A stretch of DNA of 64,000 bases from a bacterium (GTDB taxonomy: Bacteria > RBG-13-61-14 > DATKZS01): the NCBI GenBank assembly GCA_963674965.2, contig CAXXFL010000001.1:1440001-1504000 (forward strand), written 5' to 3'. The notes beneath the pieces were generated by a model. That model had not been told where the DNA came from. It did not search any database and saw nothing but the letters and a program-made list of their open reading frames with translations. Of this stretch, positions 46,361-56,600 are shown piece by piece. Position 1 is the first letter of the stretch. Each line of letters opens with the position of its first letter. Position numbers and translations under genes: made by a program.

Positions 46361-48970
46361 TTACTCGGGGACCTGTTTCTTGGCCAGGACGTCCAGCTTG
46401 ACGGCCTTGACCTTTCTGTAGACTTCGCTAAAGGACTTCTTCTCGCCGTTCACGGTTAACAGGTCGTCGACTGAAATACCGAACAATTCCTCGTTTTCCC
46501 GGAGGTAGGGAAGAATCAGGTTCCAGTCCTTTTCCGTTACCTCGGCGTACTCGCCGCCGTTTAGCTGCTCATCGGCCAGCTTCTTGTGCGGGTCGCGAAC
46601 GAATATGGCGCCGCCCGAGGCCAGGGAGAACAGGTTGGAACCCGGATATGGGTTATCAAGCTCGATCACCTTGCCCTTGTCGTCGAAGGCCATGCCGTTA
46701 AGGATTACGAACCCGCCTCCCTTGTGCGGGTCGCCGGCCATGAAGGACTCGGCCAGGTAATCCAGGCAGGTGCCGTTAATGACGACCCGGGGCCGGCCCA
46801 CCGCGTTGATGAGCGGCCGGCCCGCGCCGTTGCCCATGATATAAATCTCGCCGCCCTTGCCGCCGTAAAGGAAGGCCTGGCCCACGTCGCCGAATATCAC
46901 GACCTTCCCGGACTTGGTAATCTGGCAAAGCTGGTCCTGGGCGTTGTCGTGTACCCTTATCTCGAGCCCGTCAATGCCCGAGGCCAGATAATCGCCCGAG
47001 GCCCCGTAAACGTCTATCCTGACGCCCTGGGTGTTGAGGCCCAGCCCGCAGCCGTGGAAACGCTGCCCCTTCAATCCATAGTGGATAAAGTTCTTCCAGC
47101 CAAGCTCGTAAGCCTTGACCCCCAGCCTGGCGTCGTTGTCGTCTCCCTCCGGCGGGAAGTCGCGGCCGAAGATAACCAGGGTCCGCTCCCCTTCCTTGGG
47201 CGGCCGGATCGCGCCTCGCGTCTCCCAGTCAACGCGGGCGAACTTGCCTTTGCCGCCTTCCGCGATGGAGGGGACCGAGTCCAGTATCGAGTTTATGGCC
47301 TCCCGAATCACGTGGAGGATGGCGCTCCGCCGGATCGAGCCGGGATCGTAGCGCCGGTCGTTAAGAAGGGTGAGGGCCTCGAGGCAGGCCGCCATCTCGG
47401 CGTCTCCCTTTTGCGCCGCCTTGACCAGAGCGCCCGCCAGCCATTGTACGCCGGCCAAATTCCACTTGGGGATCGCCTCGACCACCGCCGCGAAGCATTG
47501 CCTGGCGCCCTCCGAGGCGGCCTGCGCCTCGAGGGCCTTGATCAATTCCTCTCCACCCGCCGGAGCGGAAGGCTCGGACTTCGTATCGATAGCGTATTCG
47601 CCCTCGGGCGCCTCGATGATCTTGCCGAACTTATCCAGGCACCTTAACTGGGAAGACCCGTTGTTTTTATGCAGGGTAAAGGAGAAGGCCCCGCCGTCGG
47701 TATGGCTGCCGCCCCGGGCGTTCCAGTAGCGGTCGGCCACCAGCCTGAACCTCGGGTCTTCCTCATGCAGGGAGTGGAGGGTAGCGTCGATGGCCTGTTT
47801 CTCCGAGGCCACCAGCCCGATGCTCACGTCTCCCTCCTGCAGGGCGAAGACCTGGGGCCGGAGCATGGCCGTGTCGGTAATGCCCAAAAGCCGATACATG
47901 CCCTCGTCCGGTTTCGAGCGGGCGATGATGAAGAACCAGGGACCGTCGGGCGAGCCCGCCACGTGGTTGGCCTGGATGGCGCCGTAGACTTTTTGTTTCT
48001 CCGGCGGGAGTTGGTCGAAGTCGTGCTCGCTGGTGGGGGCCATGGCCTCGATGACGTACTCGAGGGGGTATCCGTATGTCCTTCTCCACAGGTCGAAAAG
48101 CTGGACCGAGACCTCGGTGTCCGTCAGGAACTGAGGAGATATGTTATGGCGGCGAAGATATTCCGACACGCTGTAGTAATTGGCAAAGTCGCCGTTATGC
48201 ACCAGGGCCTCGTTCATGCCCATGAAGGGATGGGAACCGGCGGGATGCCACACGCGTCCCTTCGTGGGGTAGCGCTGATGGGCGATCCAGACGTGGGCCT
48301 TGAAGTCCTCGAGACCGTAATACTGCACCACGTGCTCGGCGTAGCCCACCACCTTGAAGATCATAAGGTCGCGGCCGTGGGACATGACGAAGGCCCGCTT
48401 GTCGCCCAGGGCCGAGTAATACTTGAGGTTCAGCCGGGCCGTGTTCTGGTAGACGAACTCGTCCTCAACCTCGCGGCCGGTGGCTTCCTCGATCCCGTTC
48501 TCGGAGGCGAACCTGGAGAGGACCTCATCCTTGACGCGAACGAAATAGCGGGCCAGGTCCGGCGGCTTAACCGGCATGCCCAATTCTTGCCAGTCGGTCA
48601 CTCCCGTAAGTTCCGCCTTGTGGTCGATATTGAAAAAGGGCTCGATAAACTCGGCCTCGACTTCGCCCTTGGCGGATGGATCGAGCAGGGCGATCTGGAG
48701 GATGTAGTCGTTTTTCAAGGTATCCGCCTCCACGCCGAGCTGCTCGGGGTCGTGACAGGCGCAGGCAATGCCGCCGCCTTTTCCGTTGCCCCGGTTGTGC
48801 ATCTGGATGGAAGGCTCGAAGATATGTCGGCCACCCACCGGCACGCTCGAGGCGAAGCCCACCACGCCGCATCCGCCCTCTTCGGACTCCTTGCGGATGG
48901 GTCCTTGTTGAAGCAGTCCGCGCCGCGAGTCGATAAGGCGCCTCATCAGTGTTTCCCTATCTATTGCCAT
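46361..48970 (-). CDS. Glutamate synthase component: class II glutamine amidotransferase domain fused to GXGXG beta-helix domain
   Basis: CGVVG nucleophile, HNRGNG, AHQRY, HPF, HNGD, TDTE; C-terminal G-rich beta-helix (AESFMAG). Confidence 0.85.
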   Translation of the reverse strand: MAIDRETLMRRLIDSRRGLLQQGPIRKESEEGGCGVVGFASSVPVGGRHIFEPSIQMHNRGNGKGGGIACACHDPEQLGVEADTLKNDYILQIALLDPSAKGEVEAEFIEPFFNIDHKAELTGVTDWQELGMPVKPPDLARYFVRVKDEVLSRFASENGIEEATGREVEDEFVYQNTARLNLKYYSALGDKRAFVMSHGRDLMIFKVVGYAEHVVQYYGLEDFKAHVWIAHQRYPTKGRVWHPAGSHPFMGMNEALVHNGDFANYYSVSEYLRRHNISPQFLTDTEVSVQLFDLWRRTYGYPLEYVIEAMAPTSEHDFDQLPPEKQKVYGAIQANHVAGSPDGPWFFIIARSKPDEGMYRLLGITDTAMLRPQVFALQEGDVSIGLVASEKQAIDATLHSLHEEDPRFRLVADRYWNARGGSHTDGGAFSFTLHKNNGSSQLRCLDKFGKIIEAPEGEYAIDTKSEPSAPAGGEELIKALEAQAASEGARQCFAAVVEAIPKWNLAGVQWLAGALVKAAQKGDAEMAACLEALTLLNDRRYDPGSIRRSAILHVIREAINSILDSVPSIAEGGKGKFARVDWETRGAIRPPKEGERTLVIFGRDFPPEGDDNDARLGVKAYELGWKNFIHYGLKGQRFHGCGLGLNTQGVRIDVYGASGDYLASGIDGLEIRVHDNAQDQLCQITKSGKVVIFGDVGQAFLYGGKGGEIYIMGNGAGRPLINAVGRPRVVINGTCLDYLAESFMAGDPHKGGGFVILNGMAFDDKGKVIELDNPYPGSNLFSLASGGAIFVRDPHKKLADEQLNGGEYAEVTEKDWNLILPYLRENEELFGISVDDLLTVNGEKKSFSEVYRKVKAVKLDVLAKKQVPE

Positions 48971-49018
48971 CTTGATATCCTCATGAAATTAATTAGTTAA
49001 GCGTTTTATCTCTCGCCG

Positions 49019-52009
49019 TCAGGCGCTCTTTTCAGCGTAATCGAGATGGGTCAGAAGATCGGTTCTTCCCACCAGTTCCTTCACGCTCTTCATTCCCAGG
49101 CGCCACAGTATCTCCTGAAGCTGGAGGCACCAGGAGTGAAAGAGGTTTATAAGCCTTTGCGATCCCCAGACAGAGTCGTAGGCCAGGGACAGCTCGCTGT
49201 CGGTGGTGGCTATGCCGCGGGGACAGCCTCTTCCGCTCTCGCAGTTGCCGCAGCGGATGCACTCGAGGGCCACCATCTCGGCCGTTCCGATCACGGCCCC
49301 GTCGGCGCCCAGGGCGATGGCCTTGGCCAGGTCCCAGGCCGTGCGTATGCCGCCCGAGGCGATAAGGGTCATCTTGTCCCTAATGCCCTCCTCGACCAGG
49401 AAGTTGTGGACCTTGGGTATGGCGTACTCGATGGGCATGGCGATGTTCTTCTTGGCGATGTCCGGCGCCGCGCCCGTGCCGCCGTAGCTGCCGTCGATGT
49501 GGATGATGTGGGCCCCCGCGTAGTAGCTTCCCACCGCCACCATGTCCACGTCGGTGGGCGTGCTGACCTTGACCGACACCAGGGCTTTCGGGTTAACGTG
49601 CTTGATCCAGTCCACGTGTTTCTTGTGGTCCTCGACCGAGTAGACCGAGTGGAAGGGGAAAGGCGAGAACAGGGCGCTGCCCTCGACGGCCTCCCTCATT
49701 TTGGCCACCGCCGGGGTGACCTTGTCCCCCAGAAGGTGGCCGCCCAGGCCCGGCTTGGCGCCCTGGGCGTACTTGAACTCGACTATCTTCACCCGCTGGA
49801 TCGTGTCCTCCCTGACCCCGAAAAGACCGGTGGCCACCTGGGTGATCACGTTGTCGTCATAATGCTTGAGTGCGTCTGGATAGCCGCCCTCCCCGGTGCA
49901 GGTGAAGGAGTTGAAAGCCTTCCAGGCCCGGGCCCGGCTGACCATGGTCGCCAGACTGATCGAGCCGAAGCTCATGCCCCCGCCGTAAACCGGGAAGCCG
50001 ATGGACACCTCGGGGCGGCCGTCGTCGCCTCTCCGGTTGAGAGGTATCTCGAGGTCCACGTCCTCGGGCTTGAAACCGGGACCGGAAGACCCCTCGGGGA
50101 AAACCAGGTCGATACGGTCGAACCCTCCGCCCGACTGGCCCACCTTGTACTCGAGGCCGGAGTCTTTGGGCGGCAAGCCCGTCTCGGCCTGGAGCCAGGT
50201 GGCGGAGATGAGGTCCGCCGTCCAGCGCGGGTCGCCGAAGGTTTTCCAAAGCGGGTTTTCTCCAACCCAGATGGCCGACTCGGGACAGGCGTCCACGCAA
50301 AGCGAGCCTAGTTCCCGGCAGGTAGAGGCCCCCCGGCAAAGGTGCTCCTTGGGCCGGAGAAGCCGGCCGGCCTCGAATACCAGGGCCTCGTATTTGCACG
50401 CCTCGACGCATTTGCCGCACTCGGTGCATTTATCGTTTACCACCACGCGGTACTTGGCCAGGTAATTTCTATAACGAGAGCGGCAAAAGCTCGCGAAGGC
50501 CTCGGCGCCCTTGTATTTCCAAGCCTCGATGGCGGGCGGCTCGGGCGCGGGAGGTTCCTTTTTCGACTCCTGGCGGGTCTTGGCGTCCCATCCGGGGTTC
50601 CCGGAGGGAGGATCGTAGTGGTCCCGCTTTCCGAAGATGGGCGCGAAGCTCTCGTTCTCGAGGTCCTTGAAGAACATGGCCCTGCCGACCTCGCCCCTGA
50701 GTCTCCTGACCTCGCGAAGGCCCATGGCCCCCATGACCTCGATAAGCTGGCTGTGCCAGGACCCCAAAAGGTTCACTATCCTTTGGGCGCCCCAGTTCTC
50801 GTCCATTTCCCCGAGAGTGACCGGGCACTCGGCCTGTTCCTCACAGTCCACGCACATGCGGCACTCGAGGGCAACGATGGGCGCCAGCTCGACGGCCGCC
50901 GCGTCAACCCCGCAGATGATGATCTTGGCCAGGTGCTCGGCCAGGGCTATCCCGCCGGTCAGTATCAAGCTGACCGACCCGCGGGCGTTGTCCTCGACCA
51001 GCCGAAGATGTATCTCACGCGTCATGTCGATAACGAACTCTTCTTCTTTCTCGCCAAAGCCCTTGCCCTTGGGGGTAGCGTGAAGATGGATAACGTCGGC
51101 CCCGCCCGAGGCCAAAGCCGAAGCCCTGTCCGCGGCCTTCTCGTCCAGCTCGAGCCTGATCGACACGACCATGCCGGGATGGGCTTCCTTGATCTTCGCG
51201 GCCTCATCGAGTACGCCGTCCGAGTAAAGAAGCTCGGCCATGCGCGCTCCCGCCAGGTCGGCCGCGTCGTCCCGGGCCGGATCGAAGCGCACGATCAGGC
51301 GGTCTTTCAAGTCCGACAGCGCGCCCCCGGCCTCGGCCGCGGTCGCCACCGCCAACGAGCCCAGCTTGCCGGCGGCGATGGCCATGGCCCTTCTCGCGCT
51401 CTCGCCCAGATGCCGGGACTGAGGGTCCGGCGGCGCGTCGATGACGGCGGGAAAGGAAATCGCGCAAAGGGGAGGCGGGTCCTGGGCCAGGTTGCCCTTC
51501 TCGTCAAAGGACAGGCGCCCGGGCTTTCTTCCCAGCTCGACCAGGGTCGAGATATACTCGCGGCCGTGGATGCCGTCGCGGGTGGGCCGCACGATCTCGG
51601 ACATGTCGGTCCACATCCTGTCGAAACCCGGCCCGCAAAAGGGCCCCCTGTAGCCGGCGCCGGAGACGGGAATCTTGCCCGTGCCCGCCTGTTTCCAGAC
51701 GCGGTCGATAATATCGGGGGTCCAGTAGTCGTCGCCCAGTCTTTCCCATCTGGGATTTAGGGAGCGGGAGAATATGTTGTTCTTGCATTCCTGCACGCAC
51801 CTCATGCAGTTAATGCACATGTTGTCTCCCGTGTCCTGCATCTGGAGGGGATCGAAGGATTTTTTTCTGTAAACTCCGTAGACGCAGGCCGTGTACTTAA
51901 CGCATCTTCTGCATCCGTAACACCTGGTGATCTCGAAGCTCGCGTACTTCGAGATGGGCGAGAACCGGGGAGGAGCCTCTTTAACGCTGACATGATACTT
52001 CTTTGGCAT
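49019..52009 (-). CDS. Glutamate synthase FMN-binding subunit with tandem ferredoxin + FMN-barrel modules
   Basis: Two ferredoxin motifs; C-terminal barrel with GGMSFGS, TGEGG, QVATGLFGV, KYAQGAKPGLGG, C..C..C...CPRGIAT; N-terminal degenerate copy. Confidence 0.85.
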   Translation of the reverse strand: MPKKYHVSVKEAPPRFSPISKYASFEITRCYGCRRCVKYTACVYGVYRKKSFDPLQMQDTGDNMCINCMRCVQECKNNIFSRSLNPRWERLGDDYWTPDIIDRVWKQAGTGKIPVSGAGYRGPFCGPGFDRMWTDMSEIVRPTRDGIHGREYISTLVELGRKPGRLSFDEKGNLAQDPPPLCAISFPAVIDAPPDPQSRHLGESARRAMAIAAGKLGSLAVATAAEAGGALSDLKDRLIVRFDPARDDAADLAGARMAELLYSDGVLDEAAKIKEAHPGMVVSIRLELDEKAADRASALASGGADVIHLHATPKGKGFGEKEEEFVIDMTREIHLRLVEDNARGSVSLILTGGIALAEHLAKIIICGVDAAAVELAPIVALECRMCVDCEEQAECPVTLGEMDENWGAQRIVNLLGSWHSQLIEVMGAMGLREVRRLRGEVGRAMFFKDLENESFAPIFGKRDHYDPPSGNPGWDAKTRQESKKEPPAPEPPAIEAWKYKGAEAFASFCRSRYRNYLAKYRVVVNDKCTECGKCVEACKYEALVFEAGRLLRPKEHLCRGASTCRELGSLCVDACPESAIWVGENPLWKTFGDPRWTADLISATWLQAETGLPPKDSGLEYKVGQSGGGFDRIDLVFPEGSSGPGFKPEDVDLEIPLNRRGDDGRPEVSIGFPVYGGGMSFGSISLATMVSRARAWKAFNSFTCTGEGGYPDALKHYDDNVITQVATGLFGVREDTIQRVKIVEFKYAQGAKPGLGGHLLGDKVTPAVAKMREAVEGSALFSPFPFHSVYSVEDHKKHVDWIKHVNPKALVSVKVSTPTDVDMVAVGSYYAGAHIIHIDGSYGGTGAAPDIAKKNIAMPIEYAIPKVHNFLVEEGIRDKMTLIASGGIRTAWDLAKAIALGADGAVIGTAEMVALECIRCGNCESGRGCPRGIATTDSELSLAYDSVWGSQRLINLFHSWCLQLQEILWRLGMKSVKELVGRTDLLTHLDYAEKSA

Positions 52010-52060
52010 TTTACCTCACCTGACCGTTGTTATTTTATTAACGCGGTGTTTTTCCGCGCG

Positions 52061-52504
52061 TTAGTCTTTCTTCTTCATCGGGCTGGGACCTACCTCGGCT
52101 ACGGCCGTTGCCCTTTTGCCGGCGATATCGAGGAGGTCGTCCATGGAAAGGCCGCTTCCCCTGGTCAAACCCACCCGGTCGGGACCGAACCCGATCTCGG
52201 CCAGCCGGTCCTTTACGTACTGGACCCTGGCCTTCTCCTTGGTGGCCCCTCCCAACATCCTGCATGCCTCGGGCGGACAGGTGACGACCTCGATTCCGTC
52301 CGCCCCCAGCTCGAGTATCCGGACCATGTGCCCGATCTCGATCTTGCTCGAGCAGGGCATAACGATCAGCTTGGCCTTGGCCCCGCCCGTCTTCCTGACC
52401 GCGTCCATCAATTTGACGTCCTTTTTGACGCAGTTCTGGCAGTACATGACAACGATCTCGGGCTCGAAGTCCAAGGCCGCTTTTTTAGCGCCTTTTTTCG
52501 TCAT
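52061..52504 (-). CDS. MvhD/FlpD-like 2Fe-2S subunit
   Basis: PEIVVMYCQNC, MPCSSKI, GADG...C...C, GFGPDRV; start at ATG 52504. Confidence 0.8.
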   Translation of the reverse strand: MTKKGAKKAALDFEPEIVVMYCQNCVKKDVKLMDAVRKTGGAKAKLIVMPCSSKIEIGHMVRILELGADGIEVVTCPPEACRMLGGATKEKARVQYVKDRLAEIGFGPDRVGLTRGSGLSMDDLLDIAGKRATAVAEVGPSPMKKKD

Positions 52505-52602
52505 TTCCTTCCTCTCAAATCCACTATTGATAACGTTTGCGGGCCGTAATATTTTTCCCCGGCCCCGCATGTCTCGCGTTGCCGCCCGCGCCTAATAGTC
52601 CC

Positions 52603-53274
52603 TTAAAGTCCGAAAAAATTCGCGAAAATGGCCTGACCGAGCCGATAGATTGCCGGCTCCAGTTCCTGGAATTCATTTAGAATGCGATCTTTTCTCCGGG
52701 AAGACGCGAACCAATTTTTTAGTATACCATAGTTAACCTCAGGGTGAAATTGTATTGCCAGGGCGTTTTTATAGCGGAAAGCCTGGCTGATTTGCCCGCC
52801 GCTCGACGCGGCCAGGACCCTCGATCCGGGAGGAGGAACGAAGCAGTCCCGGTGCCACTGGAAAGCCTTGAATTTCAAATCGAGTCCATGCAAATATTTG
52901 TCCCTTTCGCCGTCCCCGGTTAACTCGACGTCGAAAAATCCTATTTCCGTGACCGGAGACTCCTTGACCTCGCCCCCCAGGGCCTTGGCTATCATTTGAG
53001 CGCCAAGGCAGACTCCCAGTACGGGAGTTCCGCTCTCGACCGCCCTTCTTAAAAATTCCTCCTCCTTAACCAGGAAGGGAAAAATGTCGGCCTGGTGGAC
53101 GTTCATGTCACCGCCCATGGAGGCGATCGAGTCGAAACCATTAACTCCGCCGGGCAGCTCGTCGCCCGCGTAGGGTTTTTTCACGACCACGCTCGCCTTA
53201 TTCCTTTTCAGAAAATTTCCGAGTTCTCCCGGTCCGTCCGGCTCGTCGTGAAGGATGATTAACGACCTGTGCAT
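52603..53274 (-). CDS. Class I glutamine amidotransferase
   Basis: LGVCLGAQ nucleophile elbow, QWH, QFHPE; start at ATG 53274. Confidence 0.88.
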   Translation of the reverse strand: MHRSLIILHDEPDGPGELGNFLKRNKASVVVKKPYAGDELPGGVNGFDSIASMGGDMNVHQADIFPFLVKEEEFLRRAVESGTPVLGVCLGAQMIAKALGGEVKESPVTEIGFFDVELTGDGERDKYLHGLDLKFKAFQWHRDCFVPPPGSRVLAASSGGQISQAFRYKNALAIQFHPEVNYGILKNWFASSRRKDRILNEFQELEPAIYRLGQAIFANFFGL

Positions 53275-53287
53275 CCCATGTCCCGGC

Positions 53288-54997
53288 TTACTTGGGTCGG
53301 TATCGATTGGTGATGGGAAGCCGCCTGTCCTTTCCGAAAGCCTTGGGAGTGATCTTGACGCCGGGCGGGGCCTGTCTTCTTTTATACTCGTTGCGGTCCA
53401 CCATGCGGACGACCTCGAGTACGCGGCCAAGGTCGAAGCCTTTTCGAGCGATATCCCTCGGGGCCAGGTCCTCCTCGACGTAAAGCTCGAGTATACCGTC
53501 GAGCTCGTCGTATGGCGGCAAAGAGTCCTCATCCTTCTGGTCGGCGCGAAGCTCCGCGCTGGGCGGCCTTTCTATTACGCTCAGCGGAATGACCTCGGCG
53601 CCGGCTTTTTCGTTCACGAGCCTGGACAGCCCATATACCAGGGTCTTGGGCACGTCCTTGATGGCCGCGAAGCCGCCGGCCATGTCGCCGTAGAGGGTCG
53701 CGTAACCGACGGCCATCTCGCTTTTGTTGCCCGTGGTCAATACCAGCCAGCCGAAGCGGTTGCTGAGAGCCATAAGAATATTGCCCCGGACGCGGGCCTG
53801 GAGGTTTTCCGCCTCGACGCCGGGCGGTCCTTTTCCGAACTCCCGAGACAGCCCTTCCCCGTAGGCCTTGACCATGGGCTCGATGGGTACCTCGATATAC
53901 TTGATTCCCAGGTTCCTGGCCAGCAGACCGGCGTCGGAAAAAGTCCCGTCCGAGGTATAGCGGGATGGCATGGTCACGCCGACGACCTTGTCCGCGCCAA
54001 GCGCGTCCCGCGCGACGGCCGCGGTAAGGGACGAGTCGATGCCGCCCGACAAACCAATAAGCACCTTATCGAACCCGTTTTTTACAACGTAATCTCGGAC
54101 CCCGACTACCAGCGCCTGATAGACTTCCTCCTCGGTAGCCATCTCGGGAGCCAGGGACGGGAAGGTTTTTATGGTCCTCGAGATCCCGGAGGTCCTCTCG
54201 GATATCAGGATGAAGGGATGATCGCCGGGAGGGTCGTATTTTGCTAAATGAGCGTAGGAAGCCACCATGAGGTCCGTAATAAGGAGGTCTTCCTCGAAGC
54301 GTCTGGCCCGGGCGAACAACTCTCCATCCGGCCCCAGGGCCATGCTGGTCCCGTCGAAGACCAACTCGTCCTGGCCCCCCACTAAATTAGCGTAGAACAG
54401 ACACGCTCCGCTGGCGCGGCAGAACCTTTCAAATATCCGGGTCCTTTGCCTCAGCTTGCCCGCGTGAAAAGGAGAGGCGCTGAGGTTTATCACGCCGGCC
54501 GCGGATGAATCCCGGGCCGTTCTTTCAGCCCCGGACCCCTCGATCCAGACGTCCTCGCAAATGGTCACGGCCAGGCGGACGCCGTTGACCGTTATTACCA
54601 GGCCCTCGGTCCCGGGGGTGAAATATCTTCTCTCGTCGAAGACCCCGTAATTGGGAAGCTCGTTCTTGAAATAATAATCGACAATGGCGCCGTCCCTGAT
54701 CACTACGGCCGCGTTTTTCAAAGAGCCGTCCGCCATAACGGGCGCTCCCACTATGGCGGTAATATCTTTTACTTCTTTCGCCAGGGCCTCGAGCTTTTCC
54801 CCGCAATCCCTTATGAACGCGGGTTTTAGCAGCAGGTCCTCCGGCGGGTATCCGGCTAGAGCCAACTCCGGGACCGACGCGAGGTCGGCCCCGGCTTGCG
54901 CGGACTTTTTAATAGAGTCGGCTATCTTTTTCGCGTTTTGTTCCAGGTCCCCCACGGTAAGGTTTATTTGAGCCTGGGCTATTCTTATGGACTTCAA
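53288..54997 (-). CDS. nadE: Glutamine-dependent NAD+ synthetase
   Basis: Nitrilase domain (PEL, K.ELPNYGVFDE, ICED) plus GLSGGIDS, ENLQAR, TGNKSE, SAEL. Confidence 0.95.
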   Translation of the reverse strand: MKSIRIAQAQINLTVGDLEQNAKKIADSIKKSAQAGADLASVPELALAGYPPEDLLLKPAFIRDCGEKLEALAKEVKDITAIVGAPVMADGSLKNAAVVIRDGAIVDYYFKNELPNYGVFDERRYFTPGTEGLVITVNGVRLAVTICEDVWIEGSGAERTARDSSAAGVINLSASPFHAGKLRQRTRIFERFCRASGACLFYANLVGGQDELVFDGTSMALGPDGELFARARRFEEDLLITDLMVASYAHLAKYDPPGDHPFILISERTSGISRTIKTFPSLAPEMATEEEVYQALVVGVRDYVVKNGFDKVLIGLSGGIDSSLTAAVARDALGADKVVGVTMPSRYTSDGTFSDAGLLARNLGIKYIEVPIEPMVKAYGEGLSREFGKGPPGVEAENLQARVRGNILMALSNRFGWLVLTTGNKSEMAVGYATLYGDMAGGFAAIKDVPKTLVYGLSRLVNEKAGAEVIPLSVIERPPSAELRADQKDEDSLPPYDELDGILELYVEEDLAPRDIARKGFDLGRVLEVVRMVDRNEYKRRQAPPGVKITPKAFGKDRRLPITNRYRPK

Positions 54998-55033
54998 TGG
55001 GGGACCCGCCTTTAGCCGCTCATCCTTTGCCCG

Positions 55034-56362
55034 TCAGAGTATGGGCAGATAGTTATCGAGCTCGAATTTACTCACGTGAATCCTGAAGCGGTCCCATTCG
55101 ATTTTCTTGTTCTCGATGAACTTCTCGAATATATGGTCGCCCAGGGCCTCCCTGACCAGCGCGCTGTTCTCGGTGACCTCGATGGCCTCGCCCAGGCTCC
55201 CGGGCAGGGACTCGATACCCGCTTCCTCCCTGGCCTTGGGCGACATCTCGAAGATGTCCTCCTCGACCGGATCGGGCAGCTCGTATCCCTCCTTGACGCC
55301 CTTGAGGCCGGCGGCCAGCATCACGGTAAAGGCGAGGTAGGGGTTGCAGGCCGGGTCCGGGCAGCGCACTTCCATCCTGGTGGCCTTTTCCTTGCCCGGC
55401 TTGTACATGGGAACTCTGACCAGGGCCGAGCGGTTGCGCCTGGCCCAGGCCACGTAAACCGGGGCCTCGTAGCCCGGTACCAGCCTCTTGTAGGAGTTGA
55501 CCCACTGGGCGATGACCAGGCAAATCTCGCGGGCGTGCTTGAGGACGCCCGCGATGTAGGCCTTGCCCTCCTTGGACAGGTTGTACTGATCGCTCGAGTC
55601 GAAGAAGGCGTTCTTGCTTCCCTTAAAGAGGGACTGGTGCGTATGCATTCCCGACCCGTTTTCGCCGAAGATGGGCTTGGGCATGAAGGTGGCGTAGACG
55701 CCGTGCTTTTGCGCGATCTCCTTGACCACCAGGCGATAGGTCATGGCGGCGTCGGCCATCTTGAGTCCCTCCATGTAGCGCAGGTCGATCTCGTGCTGGG
55801 AGGGCGCGACCTCATGGTGGCTGTACTCGACGGCGATGCCCAGGCTTTGCAGGGCCAGGATGGTGTCGCGGCGCAGGTCGCTGGCCGCGTCCAGGGGCGT
55901 CAAGTCGAAGTATCCGCCCTCGTCCAGGACCTCGGTGCCTTTATTGTCCTTGAAGTAAAAGTACTCGAGCTCGGGCCCGACGTACATGGTATAGCCGTCG
56001 TCGGCCGCTTTCTTGAGCTGCCTCTTCAGGGCGTAGCGGGGATCGCCGGCGTAAGGCGTGCCGTCGGGCTGAAGAACGTCGCAGAACATCCTGGCCACGG
56101 CGTACTCCTGGGGCCGCCAGGGCAGGATTTGAAAGGTCGAGGGGTCCGGCATGGCTATCATGTCGCTCTCGTGGATGCGGGCGAAACCCTCGATCGAGCT
56201 GCCGTCAAAGCCCATTCCCTCCTCCATGCCCACCTCGAGTTCATCGGCGGAGATGGCGAAGCTCTTGAGCATGCCAAGGACGTCGGTAAACCAGAAACGT
56301 ATGAATTTTACGTTTTTATCCTTGACCATTTTCAATACGGCTTCCTTGTTCATGTCCGACAT
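55034..56362 (-). CDS. glnA: Glutamine synthetase type I (alpha-like)
   Basis: FDGSSIEG, GPELEY, HHEVAPSQHE, FMPKP..GENGSGMH, RLVPGYEAP, NRSA. Confidence 0.97.
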   Translation of the reverse strand: MSDMNKEAVLKMVKDKNVKFIRFWFTDVLGMLKSFAISADELEVGMEEGMGFDGSSIEGFARIHESDMIAMPDPSTFQILPWRPQEYAVARMFCDVLQPDGTPYAGDPRYALKRQLKKAADDGYTMYVGPELEYFYFKDNKGTEVLDEGGYFDLTPLDAASDLRRDTILALQSLGIAVEYSHHEVAPSQHEIDLRYMEGLKMADAAMTYRLVVKEIAQKHGVYATFMPKPIFGENGSGMHTHQSLFKGSKNAFFDSSDQYNLSKEGKAYIAGVLKHAREICLVIAQWVNSYKRLVPGYEAPVYVAWARRNRSALVRVPMYKPGKEKATRMEVRCPDPACNPYLAFTVMLAAGLKGVKEGYELPDPVEEDIFEMSPKAREEAGIESLPGSLGEAIEVTENSALVREALGDHIFEKFIENKKIEWDRFRIHVSKFELDNYLPIL

Positions 56363-56457
56363 TTTTTATTTCCTCCTTAAAATTTCCTTTGCTTTTTGAG
56401 GCCTCCGGCGAAAACCCCATGGGCCTCTTTTATTCGTTAAATCTTGAACGTCTTAAT

Positions 56458-56472
56458 TCAACCATCGTGCCA
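56458..56472 (-). promoter_or_regulatory. Sigma-54-like promoter of glnA
   Basis: TGGCAC-GATGG-TTGA on the minus strand. Confidence 0.65.
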
Positions 56473-56548
56473 GTTCGTCAATAAAAATATAAAATCCATT
56501 TATAACCAAGCCTTACGGCGCCAGGCTTGAATTCGGCGGTCTGATCAT

Positions 56549-56596
56549 CCTACATATTTGTAGGTTCACGATCGGGCGATCCTACAAATATGTATT
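56549..56596. promoter_or_regulatory. Pair of CTACA-N4-TGTA(G) palindromes upstream of glnA promoter
   Basis: CCTACATATTTGTAGG (56549) and CCTACAAATATGTATT (56581), 32 bp apart. Confidence 0.7.
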
Positions 56597-56600
56597 TATC

